Source of the DNA: Somniosus microcephalus
Taxonomy: Eukaryota
Assembly (NCBI GenBank): GCA_052327205.1
Contig: CM126224.1
Location: forward strand, 36,580,001-36,644,000
Direction of reading: 5' to 3'
DNA: 64,000 nucleotides
Shown here: piece after piece, positions 25,868-37,854 of the stretch
How the letters are laid out: the number at the start of each line of letters is the position of its first letter
Numbering within the stretch: the stretch's first letter is position 1
The notes under the pieces: model-generated
Told to the model about the DNA's origin: nothing
Databases searched by the model: none
Seen by the model: the letters and a program-made list of their open reading frames with translations, nothing else
Made by a program: the position numbers and the translations under genes

Positions 25868-27190
25868 TATTTCTAATTGCTTCTAACTCATTTCTATTTA
25901 TTATAAACTTGTCTCCTTCATTATTCCATTTCAAAGATATGTTTTGTACCTTCTAGGTGTTGTTCTAAACCTTCTCACTGCTGTTACTGTCCGCCACACT
26001 CGTTCAGTTGGCAGGGTGGAGCAATCTGGACCTTGAGGCCCATTCATACCGATGATGGCTAAATTTGGCCGCAAACCTGCAATTTAAAGGCAATGTTGCA
26101 CGTGCCTTTGGAGGCAAAATCGGAAACACCAAAATTGTTCTTCATTCAGGCCACTGAAGGCAATGCTGCCTTCGACTACAGTGTAAACACAAGTGGAGTT
26201 AAAGGCAGCAAACTACATGGCCGTTGCCAAATTGAGTGGTAGATGTGCTTCCAGAGCTGTGATCTATAGCCCCTTATACTGGGCACCATGAAGAGTGAAC
26301 TGTGGCTACAGCCCTGCTCTCCCCAGTCCTTATACTGGGCACTATGGAGAGCGAGCTGTGACCTACTGAGTTTAGTGACCTCGGCACCCTTGGTTTGGAG
26401 AAGGGGAATTTGTCTCGGGAGTTGGGGGGGGTGCGGGTGGTGCTGGGCTGCCTACGCTGTCGGCCTGTAATTCTTGCTAGCAATTTATGTGGATATCAGG
26501 CAAGGAAAGAATCATGCTTGCTGCAATAGCTCCCATGGTCTAATGGTCTGTAGACACTCACCGGCCAAGCTCTCGCATGAGAAAGTCATTTGGGTGAGGT
26601 ATTTCAGGGCAACCAGTAAATAGTCACCAGCTTCAGGAGAGGAGGAGGAGGAAAGGAAAAATTGGCAGAACTAGGAATGGGACAAAATATTCATCCTTCC
26701 CAGCAAGTGGGGGAGTGAGAGATGCTGAAACAATCTCTGCCTATGCTCTGAGGGAGTTTTTGAACTGTGTGTCCTGGCGATGGTCACCTTTTTTTTGTGC
26801 TGGCTGCTGACAACATCACGTTGTAATGTAAACTAGACCAATCTTTATTACAGCCGTAAGGATGGAAGCGGAGTCTGCTGAGGCCGGTTTGCAGTTTCAA
26901 TGGAGTGTTGAGAATTGTGTGCTGCCCTGGCCAGAGTGAAAGTCACATCTGATTCTGCCAATTTCCCACCAGAAGCAAAGTGCTTCGGCAATCTCTGGTC
27001 AAAAACTGGCAGAGATTCCTGAATGGAAAACCAGAGCCATCCACATTGGACAAGAGACGTGGGGAGTTTTCAGCTGAGGCATTGCTCTGGCCCCAAAAAC
27101 AGGTTTAAAGCAGCAAGCTGGATTCATCATGATGAGTTTGAATGTTAGTCGAAACTAGAATTTGAGCTGAAACTTTCTGATTGGGTATCC

Positions 27191-27479
27191 TGTAGGAGTC
27201 TACGTACTCCTAGCAAAAAATACTGAACTCGGAGAGGTTCAACAGAAAAGGTTTAATTGTTGAGGCTGCATGCTGAACACAAAATGGAGTCAGAGACTAC
27301 ACAAAGTACGACTGCCTTTCATCAGTGCACAGCTTCGACTGCTCCTCCCCCGCTCTGGGCTTAACTATGTTGCAGATCGAGTTTCTTAAAGGTGTGTTCC
27401 TTCTTAAAGGCATGACGCCTGATTTATAGTCTACGGACCGGAAAGCGGATTGTGTCCTTTCTGTGATCGGTACGCTGCA
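27191..27479 (-). mobile_element. Solo LTR (Gypsy-like)
   Basis: Has TG...CA ends and a 4-bp TSD ATCC (27187-27190, 27480-27483). The minus strand shows a TATA-like CTATAAA (~27423-27429) upstream of ATTAAA (27252-27257). Confidence 0.7.
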
Positions 27480-27699
27480 ATCCAATAATTTTGTTCAAGT
27501 TACTGCATCACCCTGCACCTGTTGTTCCATTTTGTAGATAGCTTTGTTATCTAATTCAAAAAAATTATGAAAAACGAATGTCCAATTATAAGTGTCTGTA
27601 CTAAAATCAATTGGCTATTGAAATTAAACAATGTCGCAATGTACAGACTAATAACCAAATGAGCAGCCACAGTAAATGTTCCTCCCATGAAAAATGCAC

Positions 27700-28000
27700 T
27701 TCTCAGCTGGACCTGCAGTCGGGGATCTTCAGTTGATCTCTGTGTCCCTGGGTTAGGGAAAGTAAAACTTGACCAAAGGTCTTCTGTGTGTTTCCCAGTG
27801 AATCCTGCAGGATAGTATGTACATGAATGTCAGGCTTCGCTGCAAAGCCTTTGTGCTAAATTTGCTTGCCAATCCTCATTGTCCAGCCTGGCATGAAAAC
27901 AATGAGCATTTGAGTGAGGTACTGAGGGCTGCTGATGCCCATTGAACTGCACCCCAATAAGAATCAGCACCTTCAGGAGAGGTGGGGGGGAAATTAAAAT
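27700..28000 (+). mobile_element. Old SINE (family X), 5'-eroded
   Basis: Has the shared body and the 3' end TCAGCACCTTCAGGAGAGG. Confidence 0.55.
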
Positions 28001-29438
28001 TCATTTCAAATTATTGTTTAATATTTTTTAGCGGAATGTCAAGCCACGTGGCCTATTTAATAACCGAAGCAATGTTTTAGTGTTCAGTCAGCAGTGTCGA
28101 AGGTAAACATTTGATAATGGGAGTCTAAAACAAACAGGCAGGGTTTCAGGTGAACCAAATTAGTTGCCCAAGAGTCACCTTTGTTGACCGTGGTATTTAA
28201 CTCTAGGGACACTCCCGGCTGCATTGTTGTGGAGTTATTGTGGAAAGTATGTGTGTATATATTACAAGAAGTCCAATCTGTTCGGGTTAACAGATGGGGG
28301 AACTGACCGTAAATTCATGACGTATTTGCCATCCTTTTTTGAAGAACTGAGGTGGGGGGTGGAATTGAAGATTTATAAAAGGACATTGCATTGATAAAAG
28401 CAGTTCGAACCTGATTTTCTAGCATTACAAATATTTGTTCATTTTCTAATTCAAAACTGATTACGAGTTATAAATAGAATATGTTGGGGTCAGCAGGGTG
28501 ACGACATTAAAAAGTCTGTTTTTGTCCCATTTAATAGTGACCTGCATTTAGAGTCATGAGTTAGCCAAGCCAGTGGCAGCAGTGGAGATGCTTGAGCTGT
28601 TAGCAAGGACATCTTCCCTATTTTAACTTTACCGTTGGTTACTACTGCTGCACCATTTCCTTTTCAGCGCTTGCAATAACAAAATACCCTTGAGCTTTTT
28701 CTTTGGAATGTCAAGTACTTTTGCATCATCTTTTTTCACTCTAGCATAAAAAAGATTCCCATTAAGAACACTTGAATCTTCAGACAGGTTCTTTGTGCCT
28801 TGATATGTCTGTGCCGTTATTATGTGGCCAATTACACGTATGAAGCATTGGTCTTCAGTTCTACACAGATGATGGAAATTTACCTCTTTGGATAGTCGAG
28901 TACCTTTTTCAGCTTTCATAATCCATACCTATTTTCTCTCATCAAATGTTATATCCGTGTATGCATTGTGCCCGTGTAAGATGATTGAATATAATGGGAG
29001 TAGTTAGGAATATAAATTTTTTTTTAAATAGAGATATTTAGGGCCAGAACCAGGTGAAAAGAATAGGAGACACAAATATAATAAGTGGTTGGTGACACCA
29101 TCTTTGTATTCATTGGATCAACTTTAAAATTGTTTCCTTTTTGCTGCCAAAGTATCTTTGAAAAATAACCGAAATTCCTTCCAGTGGGAATGCAAACAGT
29201 TTAAGGTGTTATGTTGCGGTTTTGCAATTGGTAATGCATCTTCCACAATTCGTGTGAATTTTGCCAATGATTCTCTCTGGCACTATAATGCTATGTCATT
29301 TTCTCTTCAAACAGGATACTCTCTTTACTAAACTGTACAAGCACAGAGCTTTGATATCATTATTTACAAAAAAAATACTGAACTCCTGTAACCTACAGGA
29401 GATGAAATGATCTGACAAATTCTGCTTCGTTGCTGTGT

Positions 29439-30037
29439 TCTTTCTTAGGCAGTCCCTTGGAACCGAGGATGACTTGCTTCCACACTAAAAATGAGTTCTC
29501 AGGTGACTGATGAGTCCAATGTGGGACCTACAGTCTCTGTCACAGGTGGGGCAGACGGTGGTTGAAGGGGCGGGCGGGCGGGGTGCTTGTGTTGACGTGC
29601 GCTCCTTCCGCTGTTTGTGCTTGGCTCCTGCTTGCTCCCGGCGAAGAGACTCGAGGTGTTTGGCGCCTTCCCGGATGCTTCTCCTCCACTTTGTGCGGTC
29701 TTGGGCCAGGGATTCCCAGGTGTTGGCGGGGCTGTTGCACTTTTTCGAGGAGGCTTTGAGGGTGCCCTTGAAGCATTTCCTCTACCCACCTGGGGCTCTC
29801 TTGCCGTGTCGGAGCTCCGAGTAGAGCGCTTGTTTTGGGAGTCTCGTATTGGGCATGCGGACGATGTGGCCTGTCCATCGGAGCTGATCGAGCATGGTCA
29901 AAGCTTCGATGCTGGGGATGTTGGCCTGAGCGAGAACACTGACGTTGGTGCGCCTATCCTACCAATGGATTTGCTGGGTCTTGCGGAGGCAGCGTTGGTG
30001 GTACCTCTCCAGTGCTTTGAGGTGCCTGCTGTACATG
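29439..30037 (-). mobile_element. RTE-clade LINE, 5'-truncated
   Basis: Closely similar to 44840-45395. It has the RTE ORF C-terminus and an (AAG)-like tail. A possible TSD is GTTGCTGTGT / GTTGGTGTGT. Confidence 0.88.
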
Positions 30038-30435
30038 GTTGGTGTGTATACTTTTTGGGAAGCTAGAGACTTCCCTGAATTTAATAAACTATTGAGGTAA
30101 AACTGTTCTCGATCTGTTTATTGTGCATAATTACGAATTAATGAGAGAGGAGCTATTTCACTATTTGCAATATGCACTACAATTAGGTTTGCATTCTGGA
30201 GTACATTGCTTATATGCTATGCTTATACTTTTGCACTCTTCCGTTTCATATTCTGGCATTGATATATTTTGAGTTAAAGAAAATATACTTCTACAAAAAG
30301 GAAGCATTGGCCATGATCTCTATACTGCAATGCGAAAAAGCACTGCTAGAAAAGGTTGCTCAATAATTCAGCTCATCTTGCATTTCAACAAGAGAATGCA
30401 CTCTTTGGATTAACTGAAAATAAAGAATGGGTCCA

Positions 30436-30595
30436 ACAGCATCCTGACAGAGAAGAGACCAGTTAATATTTCCAGTGTGACCCTTTGTCAGAACAAATGG
30501 CGTTTTTGGCCTCTCTTCTTTATGATGCTGATCGTGCTTTGTGTTTACAGCATTATCTGTTTTTATTTCAGTTTCCTAGCCTTCATAGTTTTTAA
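30436..30595. mobile_element. Degenerate Penelope-type fold-back remnant
   Basis: The left part resembles 62600-62660 and the right part resembles 63000-63070. Confidence 0.5.
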
Positions 30596-31249
30596 ATCTC
30601 AGCTGATTGCCCTAAAGTTACTGCCCAATTTGCCTTCTGTTCTGAGGGCTAGTTGCCTGAGGTGCGGAGGGCATTTGATGGATATCTGATTGCTTTTGTT
30701 GAAGCAGGGACCCATGAAGCACATAATGAAGTCAAATGCTTCCAGCAGTGTTAATGACAATCATTTTGTCCCAGTGTAATAATTTTCACAAATCAAAAAT
30801 ACATATTGTGTACTTAAGGTGATGTTATGCTGATTAAAATTTTGTTCATTTAGTCATGATTACACAATATGCTTGCATATCAGTAAGTCAGCAGCCCAAA
30901 TTTTGTATTTTTAAAAAATGCTTTAGCTTATTTTTTACTTTTTGCTTTTAACTTGAAAGAAGTTGCATTTATAGGCAAACACAACAGGCGACTTGCATAC
31001 AGGAAGATCCCACAATGGGTAAATAGCAGTAATGTGAGTGTGACCACTGAGCCATGCTGACAGAGTTGATAGGTTGAGTGTGAGGTAGTTCTGCAAAATG
31101 TTGAACTGATATGACTCCCATATGTTTCAGTTGAAGGTTATAATGAACAGGAGAGCGTATGTCGGAGGCAGTTGTGACCAAATAGTGTAGTGGTCTGGTC
31201 AGATCACATCTTCAGTACTGCATTTAGATATGGTCATCGAAACACAAGG

Positions 31250-32030
31250 GAAACTTGGCTCTTTTGAAGGCAGTGCAGACAAGAGCCATGGGTCAAAGGT
31301 CAGAGTTATGAGGAAAGACTGGGGTAACTCTTGACTTTTCAGCCTGGAAAGGAAGTGCCTAAGTGGAAATCTTGCATCTACGATATATACAACAGTTAAT
31401 AACATAGTAAATCTGGAATATGACCAAGTTAAATTGCAATAGTAGGGCAAGAGGGCACAGGTTAAAGTTAGTGAAAAAAATTGTCAGCCTTGCTTCAGTG
31501 GTAGTACTGTTGCCTTTGGGTCAGAAGGCCATGGCTTCAAGTCTCACTCCAGACACTCAAATACTTAAATAAGACAGTATTGAGGGAGTAGTGCCATCTT
31601 TTGGATGAGACGTTAAAGCGAGGCCCTGTCTGCCCTCTCCAGTGGACATATAAGATTCCATGGTACTATTCAAAGAAGAACAAGGGAGTTAGTCTTAGCT
31701 AACTTTCATCCTTTTTGTGTGCAAATTGGCTGCTGCATCTGCCTACCTGACAACAGTGACTACACTTCAAAATGTACTTCATTCGCTGTGAATTGCCTTG
31801 GGATGTTCTGAGGTCATGAAAAGAGCTATATAAAAGCAGGTTTTTCCAAAGGCAATGTTAGGACTGATATCATGAAATTCCTCTTTAGGCGGAGTGATCA
31901 ATGTGTGGGATAGACTGCCGGTTAGAGTAGTGGAGGCAAAAGCCCTGGGTTCATTTAAGAAACAATTGGATGCGGCAGTGAGGGGACTTTGGGATCTTTC
32001 TGGATGGGCTTCCTGATAGCAATACTTCAT
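31250..32030 (+). mobile_element. Old CR1 3' fragment split by a DeuSINE
   Basis: Degenerate CR1 ORF2-end sequence lies at ~31250-31480 and continues at ~31850-32030. Confidence 0.55.
31488..31845 (+). mobile_element. DeuSINE (SacSINE1-like)
   Basis: tRNA-like head, then the Deu domain GCCATCTTTTGGATGAGACGTTAAAGCGAGGCCCTGTCTGCCCTCTC..GTGGAC, then an L2-like tail (CCTTGGGATGTT..GCTATATAAA) resembling 5275-5320. Confidence 0.8.
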
Positions 32031-33462
32031 TGCGCTGTTCCTTTTTAATTTGTGGGGGGGGGGTGGGGGTGGGTGGCGGGTGGAGTGGAGAGGGGCACTG
32101 GGAAGAATTTGTTTAAGTATCGCAGGACAAGCACTATTACCATCAACAATGATTGCCTTTCTCTCGGACATACTGCGTTATATGAGAAGCCAGTGTAAAA
32201 TACGATTATTTGAAATAGGTGGGTATATATGTTATGTGTACATAAGTAACTACTTCTATTGGTCATGGAGCAATGGCACGTTTTGCGGATAGTCAGTGTA
32301 CATTATGAAATTAAATGAAGGATAGCAGTTGGCAACATCCTTCTTAAATTTGAATTTGCAAAACGAAAGGCGTTATTTTATCTTGTCAGCAAGCCTCAGT
32401 TTCTGGTGTCCGACCTCCACTGTTTCAGTGTTTGGAAGCTGGTGCTTTTCTTGTTTTGCTTGCAGTTCTTTTTCATCATTAAATCCGTACCAGTTTAAAA
32501 AAAAACTCCACACATTCCCCCGGGGAAAACAAACACGGTCTATCACATTCTACACGTGGCCAATCAAAGCATTGGCTGTCTGCCTCTTCCCAGGGAATTA
32601 CTATTTCCCAGGGAATTAATAGTTCACAGTGAGCGTACTCTGATTGCAGAAGCTTGAGTATCATATCATTAGCATACTATGTGGTATTGAAACCAGGCCC
32701 TGTGCACTGGTTTGAACTCTCCCTGTAAACCTAGTGCTGTTAATCGAGTATACACAAAACCAAAGAACTGAACACATCCTTGCCAATTGAATGTTTTAGG
32801 GAGCTGCTAATGTTGTTATTTTCTATTGCTACTTCATATTAGAAAATGAACTGCTTTTATGATCATTATAAAGTCATTTTTTTAATGTCAATATAACAGT
32901 AATTCTATTTAAAAATTATTTTAAAATATTTATGCTGCTTGATTTTGGAGTCTAAATAAAACAGCTCTTTAACTTCTTCAAGTGGACCCAAAATGTTACT
33001 TTGGCTGTTTCACCTTATCCTAAATCACTAGGTTATGCAATGTTTATAAATCTTCTTGCATTGTACTTTGATGATGCGTGGCTGTTAGTTGTATAATATG
33101 TATAATTGTTCTAGCAACACTTTTCTGCAGGTCTATAGTAAAGACCGAACGATGTAGGCAGTTTTACATAATCTAGCTCACTGGATTTTGCTAATATGCT
33201 GCCTTGTGTTGCATTCCGAAAGTAATCTGATCCCGTGGTGTAAAGAAGCATTTGTCCAAAGCATCAATCTCTCCAAGCTGCAATACTCTGTAATTTTAAG
33301 ATTAATTTTGATAGCAGTTCATGAACTAGCTATGACTTGAAAATGATGGTGTCTAACTGGTTTGAGTTATTTATATACAGTGATGGAAAACTGTCTGTCT
33401 GGTTTTCGAGTTGTCCATGATTATTGTGGGAATCAGTAGGGCCAGAGGTGGCTCTCGGATGG

Positions 33463-33763
33463 TGTGATATCCGAGTGGTAAGGTCAGAAACTGAGAGAAG
33501 CGAGATATTAGGAACAAAACCCAACTGTTTATTTACACGGTGGAGCAGAGAAACATATCTCTTACAAGCTGGAGGCAAGGCACATTCTTATTGCACGAGC
33601 ACAAGATGGAGGATCCACCTCTGAGTCATACCCATAATGCAATGCCACATTACCGTATTAACTGGTGTACCAGGACATTGAATACATGACCCATTACCTT
33701 AAATACTGGTGAATGTGAACCCTTAATATTTGGCTCCATCTGGTGGATAACTTAAACATTACA
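33463..33763 (-). mobile_element. Probable solo LTR
   Basis: Inverted termini TGTGATAT ... ACATTACA and a minus-strand AATAAA near 33529-33534. No TSD found. Confidence 0.4.
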
Positions 33764-34537
33764 TCCCAGATTACTAAAGATGGAAACCTTTGGACATGGT
33801 TATCCCTGCAGGAAACTGAAATATATGTTCAGTGATCAGAGGGAACTGTAGGCTGGCTTTTATTCTAGTTTCTGTTATTTTGGATGGTGCTTTAGAAATA
33901 TATATTTTTTAAATGGTACTGCAAGGTTATCCCACACGTTCTGTATCTGATCCCATTAAAAAGGTTAAATAGTTATTGAAAGCCATAAACCACAGCTCAT
34001 AAGTCTACTCTAAGGTGATGAAGAGGTGACCGAATTAGTAAACTTTGGCTTGTTAAGAAATATTTAAGCATAACATGAGTGAGAAGTGGCTGGATAGCTC
34101 TGCGAATGTAAGTACAAGGAGGTAACTATCTGTCAGAGGGGCTAGTGGCTAGCTGAATTCTGCAGGAGTCTATCCTGAGTTTCCTACTCAATACTATTTG
34201 TAAATGGAGTGCAGCAAGGCTGCTGCAACATTTTGAAGTTCATTGACACCAAGCTATGTAACTAAGTGATTAATATGAGAGAGACTGAGTATTCAAAGGG
34301 ACCCATATCAATTCGACAGATGGCCTGGTGAATAGCGGATGGAGCTTCATGTAGGTGTACAAAACAAAGACCATGCACCTCACAGAAGGAAGTGTGTACA
34401 TTAAATACTTTAGAAAGGGTATTACTCACGGGCCTTCATAGCGAGTGTCTGTAGGCTATTCCACTGTGGAAGCATCACAACTGAGCCTGATCCTGTCCCC
34501 ACCTGAGATCCGCAGGATAGTCGGTCTCTCTTTGCCC

Positions 34538-34870
34538 ACCCAGGTCGTGGTTCACATTGGGACCAATGACATGGGTAGGAAGAGGGATGAGCTCCTGCAG
34601 CAAGAATTTAGGGAGCTAGGTAGCAGATTAAAGAGCAGGGCCTCAAAGGTTGTAATCTCTGGATTACTCCTGGTGCCACGTGCTAGCGAGTATAGGAATA
34701 GGAAGATAGAGCAGATGAATGCGTGGCTAAAGAGTTGGTGCAGGAGGGAGGGCTTTAGTTTCCTGGATCACTGGGCCTGCTTCTGGGGAAGGTGGGACTT
34801 GTTGTACCTGAACCAGAACGGGACAAATATCCTTGCGGGGAGGTTTGCGAGCGCTGTTCGGGGGGTTTAA
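34538..34870 (+). pseudogene. CR1 ORF1 C-terminal esterase (SGNH/GDSL-like) fragment
   Basis: QVVVHIGTNDMGRKRDELLQQEFRELGSRLKSRASKVVISGLL. It is 5'-truncated, and the ORF-track N-terminus comes from flanking DNA. Confidence 0.85.
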
Positions 34871-34993
34871 ACTAAAATGGCAGGGGGTTGGGAACCTGAG
34901 CAGGGAGACAGAGGAACGGGAAACAGGGATAAAAGCAAAACATAAGGAGAAAACAAAAGTGGCAGTCAGAGAAATCAACGGTTTAAATCAAAC

Positions 34994-37854
34994 GTGGCCA
35001 CAGTAAATAATAATTCTAATAGGTCTAAGAGCGTTAAAAAAGCAAGCCTGAAGGCTTTGTGTCTTAATGCGAGGAGCATTTGTAATAAGGTGGATGAATT
35101 GGCTGCGCAAATAGAGGTAAACGAATATGATTTGGTTGGGATTACGGAAACGTGGCTCAAGGATGGCCAAGACTGGGAACTCAACATCCAGGGGTATTCG
35201 ATATTCAGGAAAGATAGGCAAAAAGGAAAGGGAGGTGGGGTAGCATTACTGGTTAAAGAAGGGATTAATACAATTATAATGAAGGATATTAGCTCTGATG
35301 ATGTGGAATCTGTATGGGTAGAATTGAGAAATACTAAGGGGAAAAAAACATTAGTGGGAGTGGTATATAGACCTCCCAACAGTAAGGTGGAGGTTGGAGA
35401 TGGCATTAAAAGGGAAATTAAAGAAGCGTGCAATAAGGGCACAGCAGTCATCATGGGTGACTTTAATCTACATATAGATTGGGCCAACCAAATTAGTAAC
35501 AATACTGTGGAGGAGGAATTCCTGGAGTGTTTACGGGATGGTTTCCTGGACCAATATGTCGAGGATCCAACCAGAGATCAGGCCATCTTAGACTGGTATT
35601 ATGTAACGAGAAAGGATTAATTAGCAATCTTGTTGTACGAGGCCCCTTGGGTCGGAGCGATCATAATATGATCGAATTCTTCATTTAAGATGGAGAATGA
35701 AGTCGTTGACTCTGAGACTGGGGTCCTCAATTTAAATAAAGGAAACTACGATGGTCTGAGAGGGAGTTGGATAGGATTGATTGGGGAATGGCACTCAAAG
35801 GGTTGACGGTGGATAGGCAATGGCAAACATTCAAAGACCGAATGGATGAGCTGCAGAATTTGTTCATTCCAGTTTGGCATAAAAATAAAACAAAAAAGGT
35901 GACTCAACCGTGGCTAACAAGGGAAATTAGGGATAGCATAAGATCCAAGGAGAGGACATATAAACTGGCCAGAAAAGGCAATAATCCCGAGGATTGGGAG
36001 CAGTTTAGGATTCAACAAAGGAGGACAAAGGGATTAATTAAGAAAGGGAAAATAGAATATGAGAGGAAGCTTGCAGGGAACATAAAAACTGACTGTAAAA
36101 GCTTTTATAGATATGTGAAGAGAAAAAGATTGGTGAAGTCAAGCATAGGTCCCTTGCAGTCAGAATCAGGGGAATTTATAATGGGAAACAAAGAAATGGC
36201 AGACCAAACAAATTCATTCTTTGGTTCTGTCTTCACAAAGGAGGACACAAATAACCTCCCAGAGATGCCGGGGAACATAGGGTCTGATGAAAGGGTGGAA
36301 CTGAAAGAAATCAGTATTTATAGGGAAATGGTGTTAGGAAAATTGATGGGACTGAAGGCTGATAAATCCCCAGGGCCTGATAATCTACATCCCAGGGTAC
36401 TTAAGGAAGTGGCCCTAGAAATAGTAGATGCATTGCTGGTCATCTTCCAGAACTCGATAGACTCTGGAACAGTACCCATGGATTGGAGGGTAGCTAATGT
36501 TACCCCACTATTCAAAAAAGGTGGTAGAGAAAAAGCGGGGCATTATAGACCAGTAAGCCTGACATCGGTAGTGGGGAAAATGCTAGAGTCTATTATAAAA
36601 GATGTAATAGCAGAGCACTTGGAAAGCAGTGACAGGATCGGACAAAGTCGACATGGATTTACAAAAGGTAAATCATGCTTGACTAATCTACTGGAATTTT
36701 TTGAGGATGTAACTGGTAAAATAGATAAGGGAGAACCAGTGGATGTGGTGTATTTGGACTTTCAGAAGGCTTTTGATAAGGTCCCGCATAAGAGATTAGC
36801 GTGCAAAATTAAGGCACATGGGATTGGGGGCAAGGTATTGACTTGGATAGAGAACTGGTTGGCGGAAAGAAAGCAAAGAGTTGGAATAAACAGGTCGTTT
36901 TCCGAGTGGCAGGCAGTGACTAGTGGGGTACCGCAAGGATCGGTCCTAGGACCCCAGCTGTTCACTATATACATTAATGATCTGGACGAGGGAATTGGAT
37001 GTAATATCTCCAAATTTGCAGACAACACAAAGCTGGGTGGGAGGGTAAGCTGTGAGGAGGATGTTGTGAAACTCCAGTACGATTTGGACAGGTTGGGTGA
37101 TTGGGCAGAAACATGGCAAATGCACTATAATGTGGATAAATGTGAGGTTATCCCTGTTTTTGCCACCAAAGTGAAGGCAGATTATTATTTGAATGGTAAT
37201 AGATTGGGAGAAGGGGAAGTGCAAAGAGACCTGGGTGTTCTTGTGCACCAGTCGCTGAAGGTAAGCATGCAGGTGCAGCAGGCGGTTAAGAAGGCAAATG
37301 GTATGTTGGCCTTCGTAGCAAGAGGGTTCGAGTACAGGAACAAGGATGTCTTGCTACAGTTGCACAGGGCCTTGGCGAGACCGCACCTTGAGTATTGTGT
37401 GCAGTTTTGGTCGCCTTACCTGAGGAAGGACGTTCTTGCCATGGAAGGAGTGCAGTGAAGATTCACCAGGCTGATACCTGGGATGGCAGGAATGACGTAT
37501 GAGGAGAGATTGTGTTGATTGGGCTTATACTCACTGGAGTTTAGAAGATTGAGAGGGGATCTCATCGAAACCTATAAAATTCTGTCAGGCCTGGACAGAC
37601 TAGATGCAGGAAGGATGTTTCTGATGGCCGGGGAGTCCAGAACCAGGGGTCATAGTCTAAGGATAAGGGGTAAGCCATTTAGGACTGAGATGAGGAGGAA
37701 TTTCTTCACCCAGAGAGTGGTGAACCTGTGGAATTCTCTGCCGCAGGGGGCGGTGGAGGCCAGTTCATTAAATATATTCAAGAAAGAGTTGGATATATTT
37801 CTTAAGGCTAAAGGGATCAAGGGATATGGGGAGAAGGCAGGGACAGGGTACTGA
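34994..37854 (+). pseudogene. CR1 ORF2 endonuclease/reverse transcriptase, disrupted
   Basis: Motifs CLNARSI, GITETWL, GVVYRPP, MGDFN, YRPVSLTS, YLDFQKAFDKV and [10 protein letters not shown] are present. There are frameshifts near 35595-35690 and TGA stops at 37456 and 37516. The catalytic FADD reads FADN (37015-37026). Confidence 0.93.

Noticed and set aside
27963-27983. REST/NRSE site (TCAGCACC half-site)
   Set aside because: The right half-site GGACAG is absent at canonical spacing, and the sequence is part of the family X SINE end.
35767-37458. 563-aa reverse transcriptase as an active or novel RT system
   Set aside because: It is ordinary CR1 ORF2 with frameshifts, stops and FADD changed to FADN. 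It is not a retron, DGR or domesticated gene.
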